Positions 1-9,591 of a stretch of 64,000 nt of DNA are shown here, one piece after another. How positions within the stretch are numbered: the stretch's first letter is position 1; every line of letters begins with the position of its first letter. Below the pieces are notes generated by a model. The model worked only from the letters and a program-made list of their open reading frames with translations. It was not told where the DNA came from and did not search any database. The stretch is from assembly GCA_963712745.1 (NCBI GenBank), contig CAVQJC010000004.1:96001-160000 (forward strand). The letters run 5' to 3'. This DNA comes from an uncultured Chloroflexia bacterium (GTDB lineage: Bacteria; Chloroflexota; Limnocylindria; Limnocylindrales; CSP1-4). A program made the translations under genes and the position numbers.

Positions 1-2
1 TG

Positions 3-1770
3 CGCGGCGCCGACGCGCGGGCGCGGGCAGCCGCTGCGCAGGAATGGCTCGGGGCGCTGGTAGCCGACCGGCGAGCGTTGAGCGTCAGGGTCGCCGGAGA
101 GCAGCGCTGGATCGCGGCCGAGGATGTGGGCCGCTACCGCGATGGTATCGGCGTCTCCCCGCCGGTCGGCGTAGCAGAGGAGTATCTCGTCCCCGCCATG
201 GGCGCCCTCGGGTCGCTGCTCGCTCGCTGGGCGCGCGGGCACGGACCGTTCCACACCGAGGAGCCGGCGGGGCGCTGGCAGCTGCCGCGGGGCGTGGTTG
301 AGAGCGCGCTCGAGACGCTGATGGCCGAGGGGATGCTGTTGCGGGGCGAGTTCCGGCCCGGCGGCGTGGAACGCGAATGGTGTGACCCGGAGGTGCTGCG
401 TCTCATCCGCCGGCGTTCGCTGGCACGCCTTCGGCGGGAGATCGAACCGGTCGAGGCGAGTGCGCTGGCGCGCTTCCTGCCCGCCTGGCACGGCATCGGT
501 GCAGGACTGGCCGGCCTGGACCGGCTGGCCGAAGTCATCGGGCAGCTCGAGGGTGTGGCCATGCCGGCCAGTGTGCTCGAGCGGGACGTCCTGCCCGCGC
601 GCGTGAGCGGCTACACGCCGCAGATGCTCGACGAGCTTGGGGCAGCCGGCGAGGTCGTGTGGGCGGGAGCCGGCAGTCTGGGCAGGGACGACGGCCGCAT
701 CGCGCTCTACCGGCCCGATCGCCTGGCCCTGCTGCTGCCCACGCGCGGTGGTGACGAGGCGGGCGGAGACGAGGACCTCCTCCTGGATCCATGAAGCGCT
801 GGGTGAGCGACTTGCGGCACGCGGCGCGTCCTTCCACCGCGAACTGCTGGCCGCGACGTTCGAGGCGGCGGAGGCCGGCGGTCACCGGCGGCCGAGCGAG
901 CGCGAGATGCTCGATGCGCTGTGGGACCTGGTCTGGGCCGGCGAGATCACCAATGACACCTTCGCGCCGTTGCGTGCCCTGCGCTGGCCCCGTCGCGGCG
1001 GCACCCGCCGACCGGCCCTGCCACGCGCGCGGATGGGAAAGCGCATGGGGCCTCCAGAGGCGGCGGGCCGCTGGTCGCTGGTGGCTGACGCCATCGGGAC
1101 CGCCGCTGCACTAAGGGACGGAGGCGAAGCGGGCCCCACCGAGCAGCGTGCGGCCCTGGCATCCACGCTCCTCGAGCGCTACGGCGTGGTCACCCGGGAC
1201 ACGGTCGCCGCCGAGGGCGTTCGTGGCGGGTTCGGCGCGGTGTACCCGGTCTACCGGGAGATGGAGGAACGCGGGCGCGTCAGGCGCGGCTACTTCGTTG
1301 AAGGTCTGGGCGGCGCTCAGTTCGCAGTCGCCGGGGCGGTGGACCGCCTCCGCGCGATGCGCCGCCAGCCCGGTGCGTCACACAGCGAGGACGCCAGGGC
1401 CGTCCTGCTCGCGGCCTCCGACCCGGCCAACCCCTACGGCGCGGCACTGGCCTGGCCGCGTCCCGACGACCAACGTCGGCGCTCGCCCAGCCGCTCTGCG
1501 GGCGCGTACGTCGTGCTCTTCGACGGGGACCTGGTGCTCTACCTCGAGCGCGGGGCCAGGTCGCTGCAGACCTTCGCCCCGTTCGAAGATGACACGGTCG
1601 CGACCGCCGCCGTCGGAGCGCTGGCGGGCCTCCTCGCGGACGGTCGGCTGAAGAGACTCCAGCTCGAGCGCGTCGACGGTGTGGCCATCGGGGACTCGGA
1701 GCATCGGGAGCGTCTGACGGGGCTCGGTTTCAGGCAGGCCTACAAGGGATACGTCCTGGGTCCCGCCTGA
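3..1770 (+). CDS. lhr: Lhr-family SF2 helicase, C-terminal part (5' end outside the window); frameshift near 775-790
   Basis: ORF 78..794 (open from base 3) has GEFRPGG..EWCDPEVLRLIRRRSLARLRREIEPV and LERDVLPARV..Y.P..LDEL. ORF 637..1770 continues with LWDLVWAG.ITNDTFAPLR, GRWS, RRGYFVEGLGGAQFA and DPANPYGAALAWP, all typical of long Lhr C-termini. Removing one C in gacctcctcctgg joins the two frames. Confidence 0.88.
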
Positions 1771-1789
1771 CGCCCGAGCGCGACACGCT

Positions 1790-2145
1790 CTGCCGCACCG
1801 TGCGCCAGAGCTTCCCGGCCTCGGCGCTGATGGTGCTTGGGCGGTGCGGTGGGGTTAGTCATGGTTAGGAGGCCTCAGGGGTTGCACGGTGGCACCGAGT
1901 ACTGATGAGAGCGCCTTGTGGAGTCGTCCAGACGGGGTGAGGCTGGTGACACGGTTGAAGCTGTGGAGGAGTGCAGTCTCAGCCAAGGGATGGGACCGCG
2001 GAGAAGAGCGGTCCCATCCCGCCCAACACGACTGGTCACCGGACCAACCGGCGCCACGCGCGTGCGCGCTGGCGCTGGACAGTGGTGTTGGGGCGAGGCG
2101 CGTTCGATCTGGCGGCCAACCTTGAAGGTGGCCACCGGATCACCA
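1790..2145. ncRNA. Candidate structured RNA / multi-hairpin intergenic element
   Basis: Stems seen directly: 1793-1800/1842-1849, 1878-1887/1971-1980 (with GU pairs), a perfect 13-bp stem 1987-1999/2008-2020, 2021-2029/2085-2094 and 2106-2141. No convincing ORF. Confidence 0.35.
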
Positions 2146-2256
2146 TGCCCGATGCCTCGGGCGCCCGCCCGGCCCCATCTGGTTCCGGCTCACGCAACCG
2201 CGAACGCCGGGTCTACGGGCGGAGGGGCCGTCCGGGCCGGCGCTGCGGCTCGGCGA

Positions 2257-3189
2257 TCAGGTCGAGGTCGATCGGGCGGCTTCCGCGACGCCTGTACTGG
2301 AGTCCTCGGTGCCAGGCCGGACGTCGTCGCTATCGAGGCCGAAGAAGTGGCGGCCCTGATGGATGCCCGCCTCCTGGGCGCTCGCGAGTCGGCGCGGTGA
2401 GTGCCACCAGACCTCGACGGCACCGGTCACGATGTCGGCGATCTCGCGAATCTGCACACCCCAGGTGCGCCACTCGAACCAGCGTGGATGCGCCCACAGC
2501 CAGGGGACGGCCGCCCAGATGAGCAGGACGTAGTCGATGCGGAGAGGCCGCGGGAAGTTGATGACCAGTTCGAGCTGGCGTACGACCTCTGGCCAGACCG
2601 CCAAGGTGAGGATGCCGAACAGCAGCATCCAGGCGGCGCCCCAGAGCCGTGCACGCGGCGGCAGGATGAGGAAGAGCACGAGCGGGAACCACTTCAACAC
2701 CGCGGCCAGCGCCCACATGAACCCACCCAGGCGTGGCCCCACGAAGTGCGCAGCCCAGATGCCCATGGCGCAGAGGAGCGTGATGTTGCCGGTGTCCAGG
2801 GTGGCGGCCAGCGGGATCGTGATGATGGCCACGAGGATCGCTGTCGCAAGCGGGCGCTGGCGGTAGGCCCAGGCCACACTCCAGGCGAAGATGAGGATGT
2901 TGGCGGCCCGATAGACGAACCACGCGGTCTCCCAGGGCAGGGCCGCCCAGGGTGTGAACAGGGGCAGGGACCAGGACCAGTAGACATAGGGCATGTAGGG
3001 CGGCGGAGGGTTCAAGGGGTCGCCGCCACTGAGCCACAGCCGTACACCGCCCCAGTAGGCTCGGGCGTCTGCACCTACGAGGTCACCCCTTACGATGATC
3101 CAGACCGCGATGGCCGAGCCGCAGGCCACCAGGATGAGGATGGCGAGGAGGCGTCCCGGGTCACGCAGGAAGCTCACGTCTTGGCGCAT
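2257..3189 (-). CDS. GT87/DUF2029-like polytopic membrane glycosyltransferase
   Basis: Multiple TM segments; GADARAYW, PYVY, LDTGNI and LKWFP motifs; TAGCAT -10 box 7 nt upstream of ATG 3189. Confidence 0.65.
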   Translation of the reverse strand: MRQDVSFLRDPGRLLAILILVACGSAIAVWIIVRGDLVGADARAYWGGVRLWLSGGDPLNPPPPYMPYVYWSWSLPLFTPWAALPWETAWFVYRAANILIFAWSVAWAYRQRPLATAILVAIITIPLAATLDTGNITLLCAMGIWAAHFVGPRLGGFMWALAAVLKWFPLVLFLILPPRARLWGAAWMLLFGILTLAVWPEVVRQLELVINFPRPLRIDYVLLIWAAVPWLWAHPRWFEWRTWGVQIREIADIVTGAVEVWWHSPRRLASAQEAGIHQGRHFFGLDSDDVRPGTEDSSTGVAEAARSTST

Positions 3190-3302
3190 CGCTGCGCATG
3201 CTACCGCCGGGCGAGGGCGGCGGGCCGGACCACACAGCACAGGCGTCTATGGAGGGGAGCAGCGTCGCCCCTCGAACGACGCTGCCCGCTGCGCTGCTGC
3301 TG

Positions 3303-4148
3303 TCATTCGGCGGCTAGTGCCGCCTCGATGGGCGGCTCCGGCGCCTCGGGAAGCTCGCCGGGGAAGATGATTCCCTCGAGGTCCATGTTGAGGCCCCACG
3401 CGTCCTGCGACAGGATCGTAAGGGCCGACAGGCCCTCGTAGGCCCCCCTACCACGCCACTGCATCGCGTAGGCCATGGTTCCGTCCTCGGGCTGCTGGTA
3501 GCCCCAGTCCGTCGTCGACACCCAGTACCCGTCGTCGTTGGTGAGCACGGCACTGACATTGCGCACACCCCACGTGGGTAAGCCGGCGTACTTGTAGTAG
3601 TCGTGCACCGAGTACATGTTGCCGGTGAATCGGTGGTCGCCGACTTCCACAGGGCAGTGTGAGTAGGTCTCGCCCTCCACGACCGAGCCCCAGTCGGTCG
3701 GCGAGGTAGTCCCGTATTCCCCCTGGCGACACTTCATCGTGCCGGTGAAGCCTCCGAAGTCGGCAGGATCGATGTCGTGCATGGAAGCCCCGGGGAGAGG
3801 CGCGCGACCCTCCGGGGTGGGAACGGCCACGACGGCCAGGCCGCTGACCAATGCCAGGATGGCCATCGCGGCGACGATGCGGGCGACTGTGAACATGGAC
3901 TTGGATCTCCCTTCTGGTCGTGGGTCCTTCGCGTCGGCGCTACGCGTCGCGCCGATCCCGAAGGGGAACCACCTGAATGGCCACCAGCGCCGGCGCTGGG
4001 GCGTGCCAGAGAGTCGACTCAGGACGTCCGATCGGATAGGCGAGGGGAGCTCGCTCCTGTCCGGAAGCTCTTCGATGGAGTGCTCCAGCCAATCGCTGAG
4101 GTCGCGGCCGAGGGTTCGGTCGGTGCGTTCGTCGGTCACGTGATTCAT
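3303..4148 (-). CDS. Membrane-anchored putative anti-sigma factor
   Basis: ATGA overlap with the ECF sigma stop; cytoplasmic N-terminus (…TPQRRRWWP), one TM helix, then an extracytoplasmic domain. Confidence 0.7.
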   Translation of the reverse strand: MNHVTDERTDRTLGRDLSDWLEHSIEELPDRSELPSPIRSDVLSRLSGTPQRRRWWPFRWFPFGIGATRSADAKDPRPEGRSKSMFTVARIVAAMAILALVSGLAVVAVPTPEGRAPLPGASMHDIDPADFGGFTGTMKCRQGEYGTTSPTDWGSVVEGETYSHCPVEVGDHRFTGNMYSVHDYYKYAGLPTWGVRNVSAVLTNDDGYWVSTTDWGYQQPEDGTMAYAMQWRGRGAYEGLSALTILSQDAWGLNMDLEGIIFPGELPEAPEPPIEAALAAE

Positions 4149-4720
4149 CGCGTGGCCTCCTGTTTGACCGGTGACGGCGGGCACTGGAGCACCAGTGCCC
4201 GCTCATCAGCGTCTATGGCCGCATGCAGTGAGTGCAGGGCACGGTGGAGCCGGGAGTGGACCGTGCCCACGGGCATCCCCAGTTGATCGGCGATGACCGC
4301 CGGTGGCAGATCGAGGTAGAAGTTGAGGACGACGAGCAGGCGCTGGTCCACGTTGAGCCGCCGGAAACCCCGCTCGATCCGGTCTCGAGCGATCACCGTG
4401 GCCGTGTCGTCGGCCACGGATGGCTCGGGCATGGGACGCTCGAGGGAGATCGGCAGCCAGTGACTGGCACGACGCGCCTCCGCGTGGCAGTTGCGCACCA
4501 GGATGCGGCAGGTCCAGGCCTCGAACCGATCGGGGTCACGCAGGCGCGGCAGGTCCTGCCACGCGGTCAGCAGTGTCTGTTGGGTCGCATCGCGGGCCAG
4601 CTCCCGATCGCGCAGGACGCTGTAGGCGATGGCATGGAGACGCCCGCCGATGGCATCGACGAGGTCGCTGAAGGCTCCGCGATCCCCCTGCTGTGCCCGG
4701 ACCACCAGACTGCTGTCCAT
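4145..4720 (-). CDS. ECF-type RNA polymerase sigma-70 factor
   Basis: Region 2 (LVVRAQQGDRGAF…ARDATQQ…W.DLPRLRDPDRFEAW) and region 4 (IADQLGMPVGTVHSRLHRA). Confidence 0.92.
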   Translation of the reverse strand: MDSSLVVRAQQGDRGAFSDLVDAIGGRLHAIAYSVLRDRELARDATQQTLLTAWQDLPRLRDPDRFEAWTCRILVRNCHAEARRASHWLPISLERPMPEPSVADDTATVIARDRIERGFRRLNVDQRLLVVLNFYLDLPPAVIADQLGMPVGTVHSRLHRALHSLHAAIDADERALVLQCPPSPVKQEATR

Positions 4721-4789
4721 GCCCCCACTCGCTCACGGCGGTCGAGCGCCGCCTCTACATGGTATGTGTCCCGAGAAGGGGCTCCGCTT

Positions 4790-5129
4790 CCATCTTCAGG
4801 GTCCGCGACAGCGGCATAGGCGTCTCGTGGTGCACCGACGTCGGTGTCGCTCGATTCGACCTCGAGAAGCTGTCTGGATTTCCGCGCCATCGCGTAGCAG
4901 ACGCACACCAGCAAGCGACAGACCAGGCGTCGAAGCGAGCTGGATCGCGCAGGCGGGGCAGATCTTGTCACGTGTGGAGCAGCCCCTGCTGGACGGCATC
5001 CTCGGCGAGCGCCACGTCTCGCAGGATGCGGTAGGCGACCGCGTGGAAGCGTGCCCCGACCTCGACGGCCAGCATGGCGAACGCCGCCTGGTCGCCCTCT
5101 TGCGCCCGGATCACGAGCTCTTCGTCCAT
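4790..5129 (-). pseudogene. Degenerate paralogue of the adjacent ECF sigma factor
   Basis: Manual translation from ATG 5129: MDEELVIRAQEGDQAAF…AVAYRILRDVALAEDAVQQGLLHT*QDLPRLRDPARFDAWS. TGA at 4968-4970 replaces Trp, a 1-nt frameshift follows near 4920 (then CRLLVCVCYAMARK), and region 4 is absent. Confidence 0.85.
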
Positions 5130-5254
5130 CCGCCTTCGCGTCGCCGCTGCTGCGGCTTCTGCTCAGTACGGGGACGTCTCAGCCGAACGTGGGTCAAGGT
5201 CTTGCGATCCCGGCCCACCTTGCCCACGAGGTAGGGCGATCTCAGTGCCGGAGG

Positions 5255-5545
5255 TCAGCGGGGGAAGGTACTCCCGCATGTGTCGCAGACGGTGTAGAGG
5301 CCATGTCGCTCGCGGTTGTAGCCCACGATGTGCAGCCGGCCCTCGATGCAGGCTGGGCAGACCCATGTCCACCACTTGACCGGAGCCCCGTTCTCGCCGG
5401 GATCGGACTCACCCAGCGGGGATGCCTCTGCGGCGACCCGGTCCTCGAGGCCTTCGTTGTCAGAGAACGCCTGCGCGACGGCGGCCGCGCGTTCATCCTC
5501 CGATTCGCTGCTGTAGGGGTAGCTCTGGCTGACGTTCGAACTCAA
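5255..5545 (-). CDS. Small zinc-ribbon protein (start uncertain)
   Basis: WWTWVCPACIEGRLH…TVCDTCGSTF gives two CxxC pairs; candidate TTG start at 5545. Confidence 0.55.
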   Translation of the reverse strand: MSSNVSQSYPYSSESEDERAAAVAQAFSDNEGLEDRVAAEASPLGESDPGENGAPVKWWTWVCPACIEGRLHIVGYNRERHGLYTVCDTCGSTFPR

Positions 5546-5634
5546 TGGACGGTGGCTCCTGGGCTGTGGGAACGGCCAGCCGTGAGGGCTGCGCGCTGCG
5601 CGACCGGCCAGGTCTCGAGTATAGATGGTGGCCT

Positions 5635-7290
5635 TCACCAGGCGGCGGCGGACCCCTCCGAGCGTGGGTCGGCCGCGGCGGCATACGAGGCCACCTCATC
5701 GTGCTCGTCGCGGATGATCTCGATGGCGTGAGCATGGCCCATTGAGGGTGCCCAGGGCTCGACCACGATGACCTCGTGCCCCTTCGAGGAGAGCGCGGCC
5801 GGGACCGCCGGGTGGACGCGCGACTCGATCTCGGCCAGGTCCGCCGGTCCGAGATGCGAACGCATCATGGCGGCCCAGCGTGGAGCGGCCACCGCGGTCG
5901 CTACGTCGGCCCCACCGTCCACCACCGCCGACACGAACTGGGCGAAGACTTGAGGCTGGATCTCCCCACCCATCGAGCCATGCACCATCCAGGGATGGCC
6001 ATCCCGTAGCAGCATGCCCGGCGCGAGCGTATGCGTCGGACGCTTGCCCGGGGCCAGCGCGTTGGGGTGGGCCCGATCGAGGCGGAAGAACGCGCCGCGG
6101 TCGTGGAAGGCGATGCCGGTGGCGGGATCGACCAGGCCAGAGCCGAACCCCTGGTAGTTCGACTGCAGGAGGCTGACCGCGTTGCCCCACTGGTCGGTGG
6201 CGGCGATGTACACGGTGCCGCCACCTCTCGGCAACGTCCCGGGTGGGAGTGAGCGGACGCGCGCTGGATCGATCCGACCGGCCAGGCGGTCGAGACGATC
6301 TGCGGTGAGCATGGCCTGCACCTCGCCGGCGGCCATGTGCGCCGCGTCGGTGACCCAAGTGTCGCGCTCGGTGAGGGCCAGCCTTGAGGCCTCCAGCCCA
6401 AGGTGGATCCATCCGGCATCGGCCCAGCCATGTCCGTCCCAGGCAGACCGGTCCGGTGCGGCGAAGCGGCCGAGCATGCCCAGGGTCTGCAGGGCCACCA
6501 CGCCGACGCTGTTCGGCGGGTGGCTGAGTGAGGTCACGCCGCGGTAGTCGACGGCCAGGGGCACGTCCCAGTCGGACGTGTGCGCGGCCAGGTCACCAGC
6601 CGTGATGGGCACGCCGCACGAGGCGAAGTAGGCCATGGTGTCCTGGGCCACGGAGCCGGTGTACGCAGCCTCCGCCCCTTCGGCGAACAGCCGGCGCAGC
6701 GTCCCCTCCAGCGCGGGCAGATGAACGCGTCGGCCGGGTCGCAGGGCCCGATCATCGGGCCGGTACACGGCTGCCCAGTCGCCCTCGGTACCGAAGACGT
6801 GCGCGGAGTGCTCCACCGCATCGAGCCAGCCCTGAGAAGCCGGAAAGCCAGAGGCCAGGTCGATGGCCGGTGTCAGCAGGAAGCTCCAGTCAAGCCGGCC
6901 GTAGCGCCTGTGTGCTTCGCCCCACGAGTGGACAGCGCCCGGAACCGTGACCGACCACGGCCCGCGCTCGGGCATGGTCGCGAAACCCGCTTCGGCGGCA
7001 GCTTCGATGGTGGCCGCGCTCCCAGCGCGGCCGCTGCCGTTGAGGGTCAGCGCCTCGGCGCGGCCTGCATCCCAGATGATCCAGAAGGCATCGCCCCCCA
7101 GCCCACAACTGTGGCCGGCCACCACGGAGAGCGCCGCGTTCGTGGCGATAGCGGCGTCGACGGCAGAGCCACCGGTGCGGAGCACGAGCAATCCGGCCTG
7201 GGTGGCGAGGTGGTGGGGGCTGGCCACGGCACCGTGCTTTCCCCGTACGGGCCTGGCCGGGACGGTGGCCGGTTCGCGTGGTGCGCTCAC
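5635..7290 (-). CDS. ggt: Gamma-glutamyltransferase family (YwrD-like Ntn hydrolase)
   Basis: GGSAVDAAIA, GLGGDAF, VPGAV, HPPNS, catalytic Thr in GGTVYIAATD, GFGSG, PGKRP.HTL and DPRSEG motifs. Confidence 0.92.
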   Translation of the reverse strand: MSAPREPATVPARPVRGKHGAVASPHHLATQAGLLVLRTGGSAVDAAIATNAALSVVAGHSCGLGGDAFWIIWDAGRAEALTLNGSGRAGSAATIEAAAEAGFATMPERGPWSVTVPGAVHSWGEAHRRYGRLDWSFLLTPAIDLASGFPASQGWLDAVEHSAHVFGTEGDWAAVYRPDDRALRPGRRVHLPALEGTLRRLFAEGAEAAYTGSVAQDTMAYFASCGVPITAGDLAAHTSDWDVPLAVDYRGVTSLSHPPNSVGVVALQTLGMLGRFAAPDRSAWDGHGWADAGWIHLGLEASRLALTERDTWVTDAAHMAAGEVQAMLTADRLDRLAGRIDPARVRSLPPGTLPRGGGTVYIAATDQWGNAVSLLQSNYQGFGSGLVDPATGIAFHDRGAFFRLDRAHPNALAPGKRPTHTLAPGMLLRDGHPWMVHGSMGGEIQPQVFAQFVSAVVDGGADVATAVAAPRWAAMMRSHLGPADLAEIESRVHPAVPAALSSKGHEVIVVEPWAPSMGHAHAIEIIRDEHDEVASYAAAADPRSEGSAAAW

Positions 7291-7297
7291 GTCGCCA

Positions 7298-8820
7298 TCA
7301 CGCCGCACCGAGCCTGCCTGCGGTCGGCGGAGCCATCGTTGCGGCCGGGAAGCGCACGCCTACCCGGGCGCCCTTGTCTACCACGTTCTCGGCGAACACT
7401 TGACCGCCGAGGGCTTCCGCCAGGTCACGCACGATGGCCAGGCCCAAGCCGGAACCACGGTTGGTGCGCGAGGGGTCACCCCGGTAGAAGCGGTCGAACA
7501 CGTGGGGGAGGGCGGCACTGGGGATGCCGGGGCCGTCATCCAACACCGCCAGCGTGATTCCCCCGCTGACGCCGTCAGCTCCAGCGTGACGTGCCCGCCC
7601 GGCGCCGGGGCATGGCGCAGCGCGTTGTCGATGAGGTTGCCGAGGATGCGATCGAGAGCGTCGCGGTCCGCGGTCAGGGTGCCTCCGGCGGCATCATCAG
7701 CGACCAGCAGCTGCTGGTCGCGGCTCTCGGCCTCTGCCGCGAATCGATCCACGGCCGCTCGAGCGACCTCGAGGCTGTCGACGGATTCGACACGCAGTGG
7801 CGGGCTGGCCACGCCCGGGACGGTGAGATGGTCGAGATCATCGAGCATCCGCTCGAGGCGGCCGGCTTCGTCGGAGATGGCCTCGGCCGCCCTCACGGCG
7901 GACTCGCCGCTGGCGGTCCCATCCCGGAGTGCTTCGGAGAAGCCAGCGATGACGGTCAGGGGCGTGCGCAGGTCGTGGCGGATGTCGGCCAGCAGCTGTC
8001 GCTGCGCCTCGCGGGTCGCATCCACCTCGGCGGCCATGGCATTGAAGGCGGTGCTGGCCTCGGCGACCTCGAGTGGGCCGCTCGTCGGCAGCGGCTCAGG
8101 CACCTTGCCGGCGGCCACGTCGGCGGTGGCGGCGGAGAGTCGTCGCAGCGGTCGCGTGACCGAGCGGCTCAGGCCCACGGCCATGGGGATGCCGACCACC
8201 AGCAACACGAGGCCGGCCAGCGTGAGCGCACGGACCAGGTCGGCCGTGGCCAGGGCCGCCGAATTGTCCTCGCGCATGAGGACCAGCACCGGCAGCTCGC
8301 GGTCCGCGCGTGGGCGGCGGATGGAGGTGGCTGCGTACAGCACCGGGCCGATCTCGGCCATCTGGCTCTTGCCCGTGACGACTTCGCCGCCAGACTCGGG
8401 CAACGTCAGGGGCGAGAGGTCATCGACGATGCCGATCTCACCACTGGCCGGCGAACGAACCACGGACGAGCCGTCCTGGACCAGCATCACGGTGATACCC
8501 GCGGCGTCGATCTCGTCCTGCGCCTCACGCACGAAGGCGGTGAACTCGGCGATCGCGCGCCCTCCCGCCTGGCTGTCGCGGAGCCAGTCGACGACCTCCC
8601 GCGTGGGCCGATCGTTCGGACTGCGCCGACGGAGCGCCTCGGCCGGGAGTTGCTGTCCGGCCCGCACCGCATAGGGGATGGTCAGCTCGGCCAGGGCGCC
8701 CGCGGCCGCGTCCTGGTGCAGGTCGCGCAGGGAGACCCAGACCGCTCCACCCATGGCCATGAGCGTGACCAGTGCGAAGACCAGCAGGGTGAGCCCGATG
8801 CGGCCGCGGAGGGTCCTCAC
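7298..8820 (-). CDS. HAMP-HisKA-HATPase sensor histidine kinase; frameshift at 7560-7564
   Basis: Two TM helices, HAMP, H-box HDLRTPL and N-box NLIDNALRH in 7378..8820. The G1/F/G2 boxes (DDGPGI, VFDRFYR, GSGLGL) lie in 7298..7546. One extra G in a G5 run restores the frame. Confidence 0.88.
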
Positions 8821-9506
8821 CCGGGGCGCGCCCGGGGTGGTGGCACGAGGCGATAGCCGATGCCCTTGACGGTCTCGATGGGAGGGGCATCATCCCCGAG
8901 CTTGCGCCGAAGCTCGGAGATGTGGACGTCGACGGTGCGGGTCTCGCCGGGGAAGTCCGTGCCCCACACCGATGAGAGCAGGTCGTCCCGGCTCCAGACC
9001 ACGCCCGGATCCCGTGCGAGGGCGGCCAGGAGGTCGAACTCGCGGGGCCGCAGTTCGAGCCGGCGTTCGCCCACGTAGGCCTCGCGGCGGCGGGGATCGA
9101 CCCGCAGGTTGCCGACGTCCATCGGCCGGGAGCCGCGCAGGGCCGGATCGGCACGCCGAAGGATGGCCTTGACCCGGGCCACCATCTCGCGCGGATTGAA
9201 CGGCTTGGTCAGGTAATCATCCGCGCCCAGCTCCAGGCCGACGATGCGGTCGATGTCCTCGCTGCGGGCGGTGAGCATGAGGATCGGGGTCTCCCCGCGC
9301 CGGCGGACCTCACGCGTCACCTCCATGCCGTCGAGCTTGGGCATCATCAGGTCGAGCACGATGAGATCGGGGTCGATGCGATCGTGCTGGTCGAGCGCTT
9401 CCTGGCCATCGCGCGCCTCGACCACCTTGTATCCGGCTTGTTCGAGGTAGAGGCGCTCGAGTTCGATGATGTTGCGTTCGTCATCGACGACGAGGATGGT
9501 CTTCAC
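8817..9506 (-). CDS. OmpR/PhoB-family response regulator
   Basis: ILVVDDE, LDLMMP, LGADDYLTKPF and winged helix (RTVDVHISELRRK…GIGY); TATGCT 6 nt upstream of GTG 9506. Confidence 0.95.
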   Translation of the reverse strand: MKTILVVDDERNIIELERLYLEQAGYKVVEARDGQEALDQHDRIDPDLIVLDLMMPKLDGMEVTREVRRRGETPILMLTARSEDIDRIVGLELGADDYLTKPFNPREMVARVKAILRRADPALRGSRPMDVGNLRVDPRRREAYVGERRLELRPREFDLLAALARDPGVVWSRDDLLSSVWGTDFPGETRTVDVHISELRRKLGDDAPPIETVKGIGYRLVPPPRARPG

Positions 9507-9591
9507 CGCGGGAGCATAGCCGCGGTGATGCGGCGCATGTCCGCGCTGGATGTCAGCACCATGTAAGTGCCCCACCCGCTACGCTCGGGTC

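Noticed and set aside
1888-1900. T-box motif (GGTGGCACCG)
   Set aside because: No stem I or specifier loop is recognisable, and no same-strand amino-acid gene lies downstream.
1902-1960. Hammerhead ribozyme (CTGATGA core)
   Set aside because: No downstream GAAA after a stem II, so the catalytic core is incomplete.
4968-4970. Selenocysteine or Trp recoding of the in-frame TGA in the sigma copy
   Set aside because: A frameshift and truncation follow, and TGA is the normal stop codon throughout the window.
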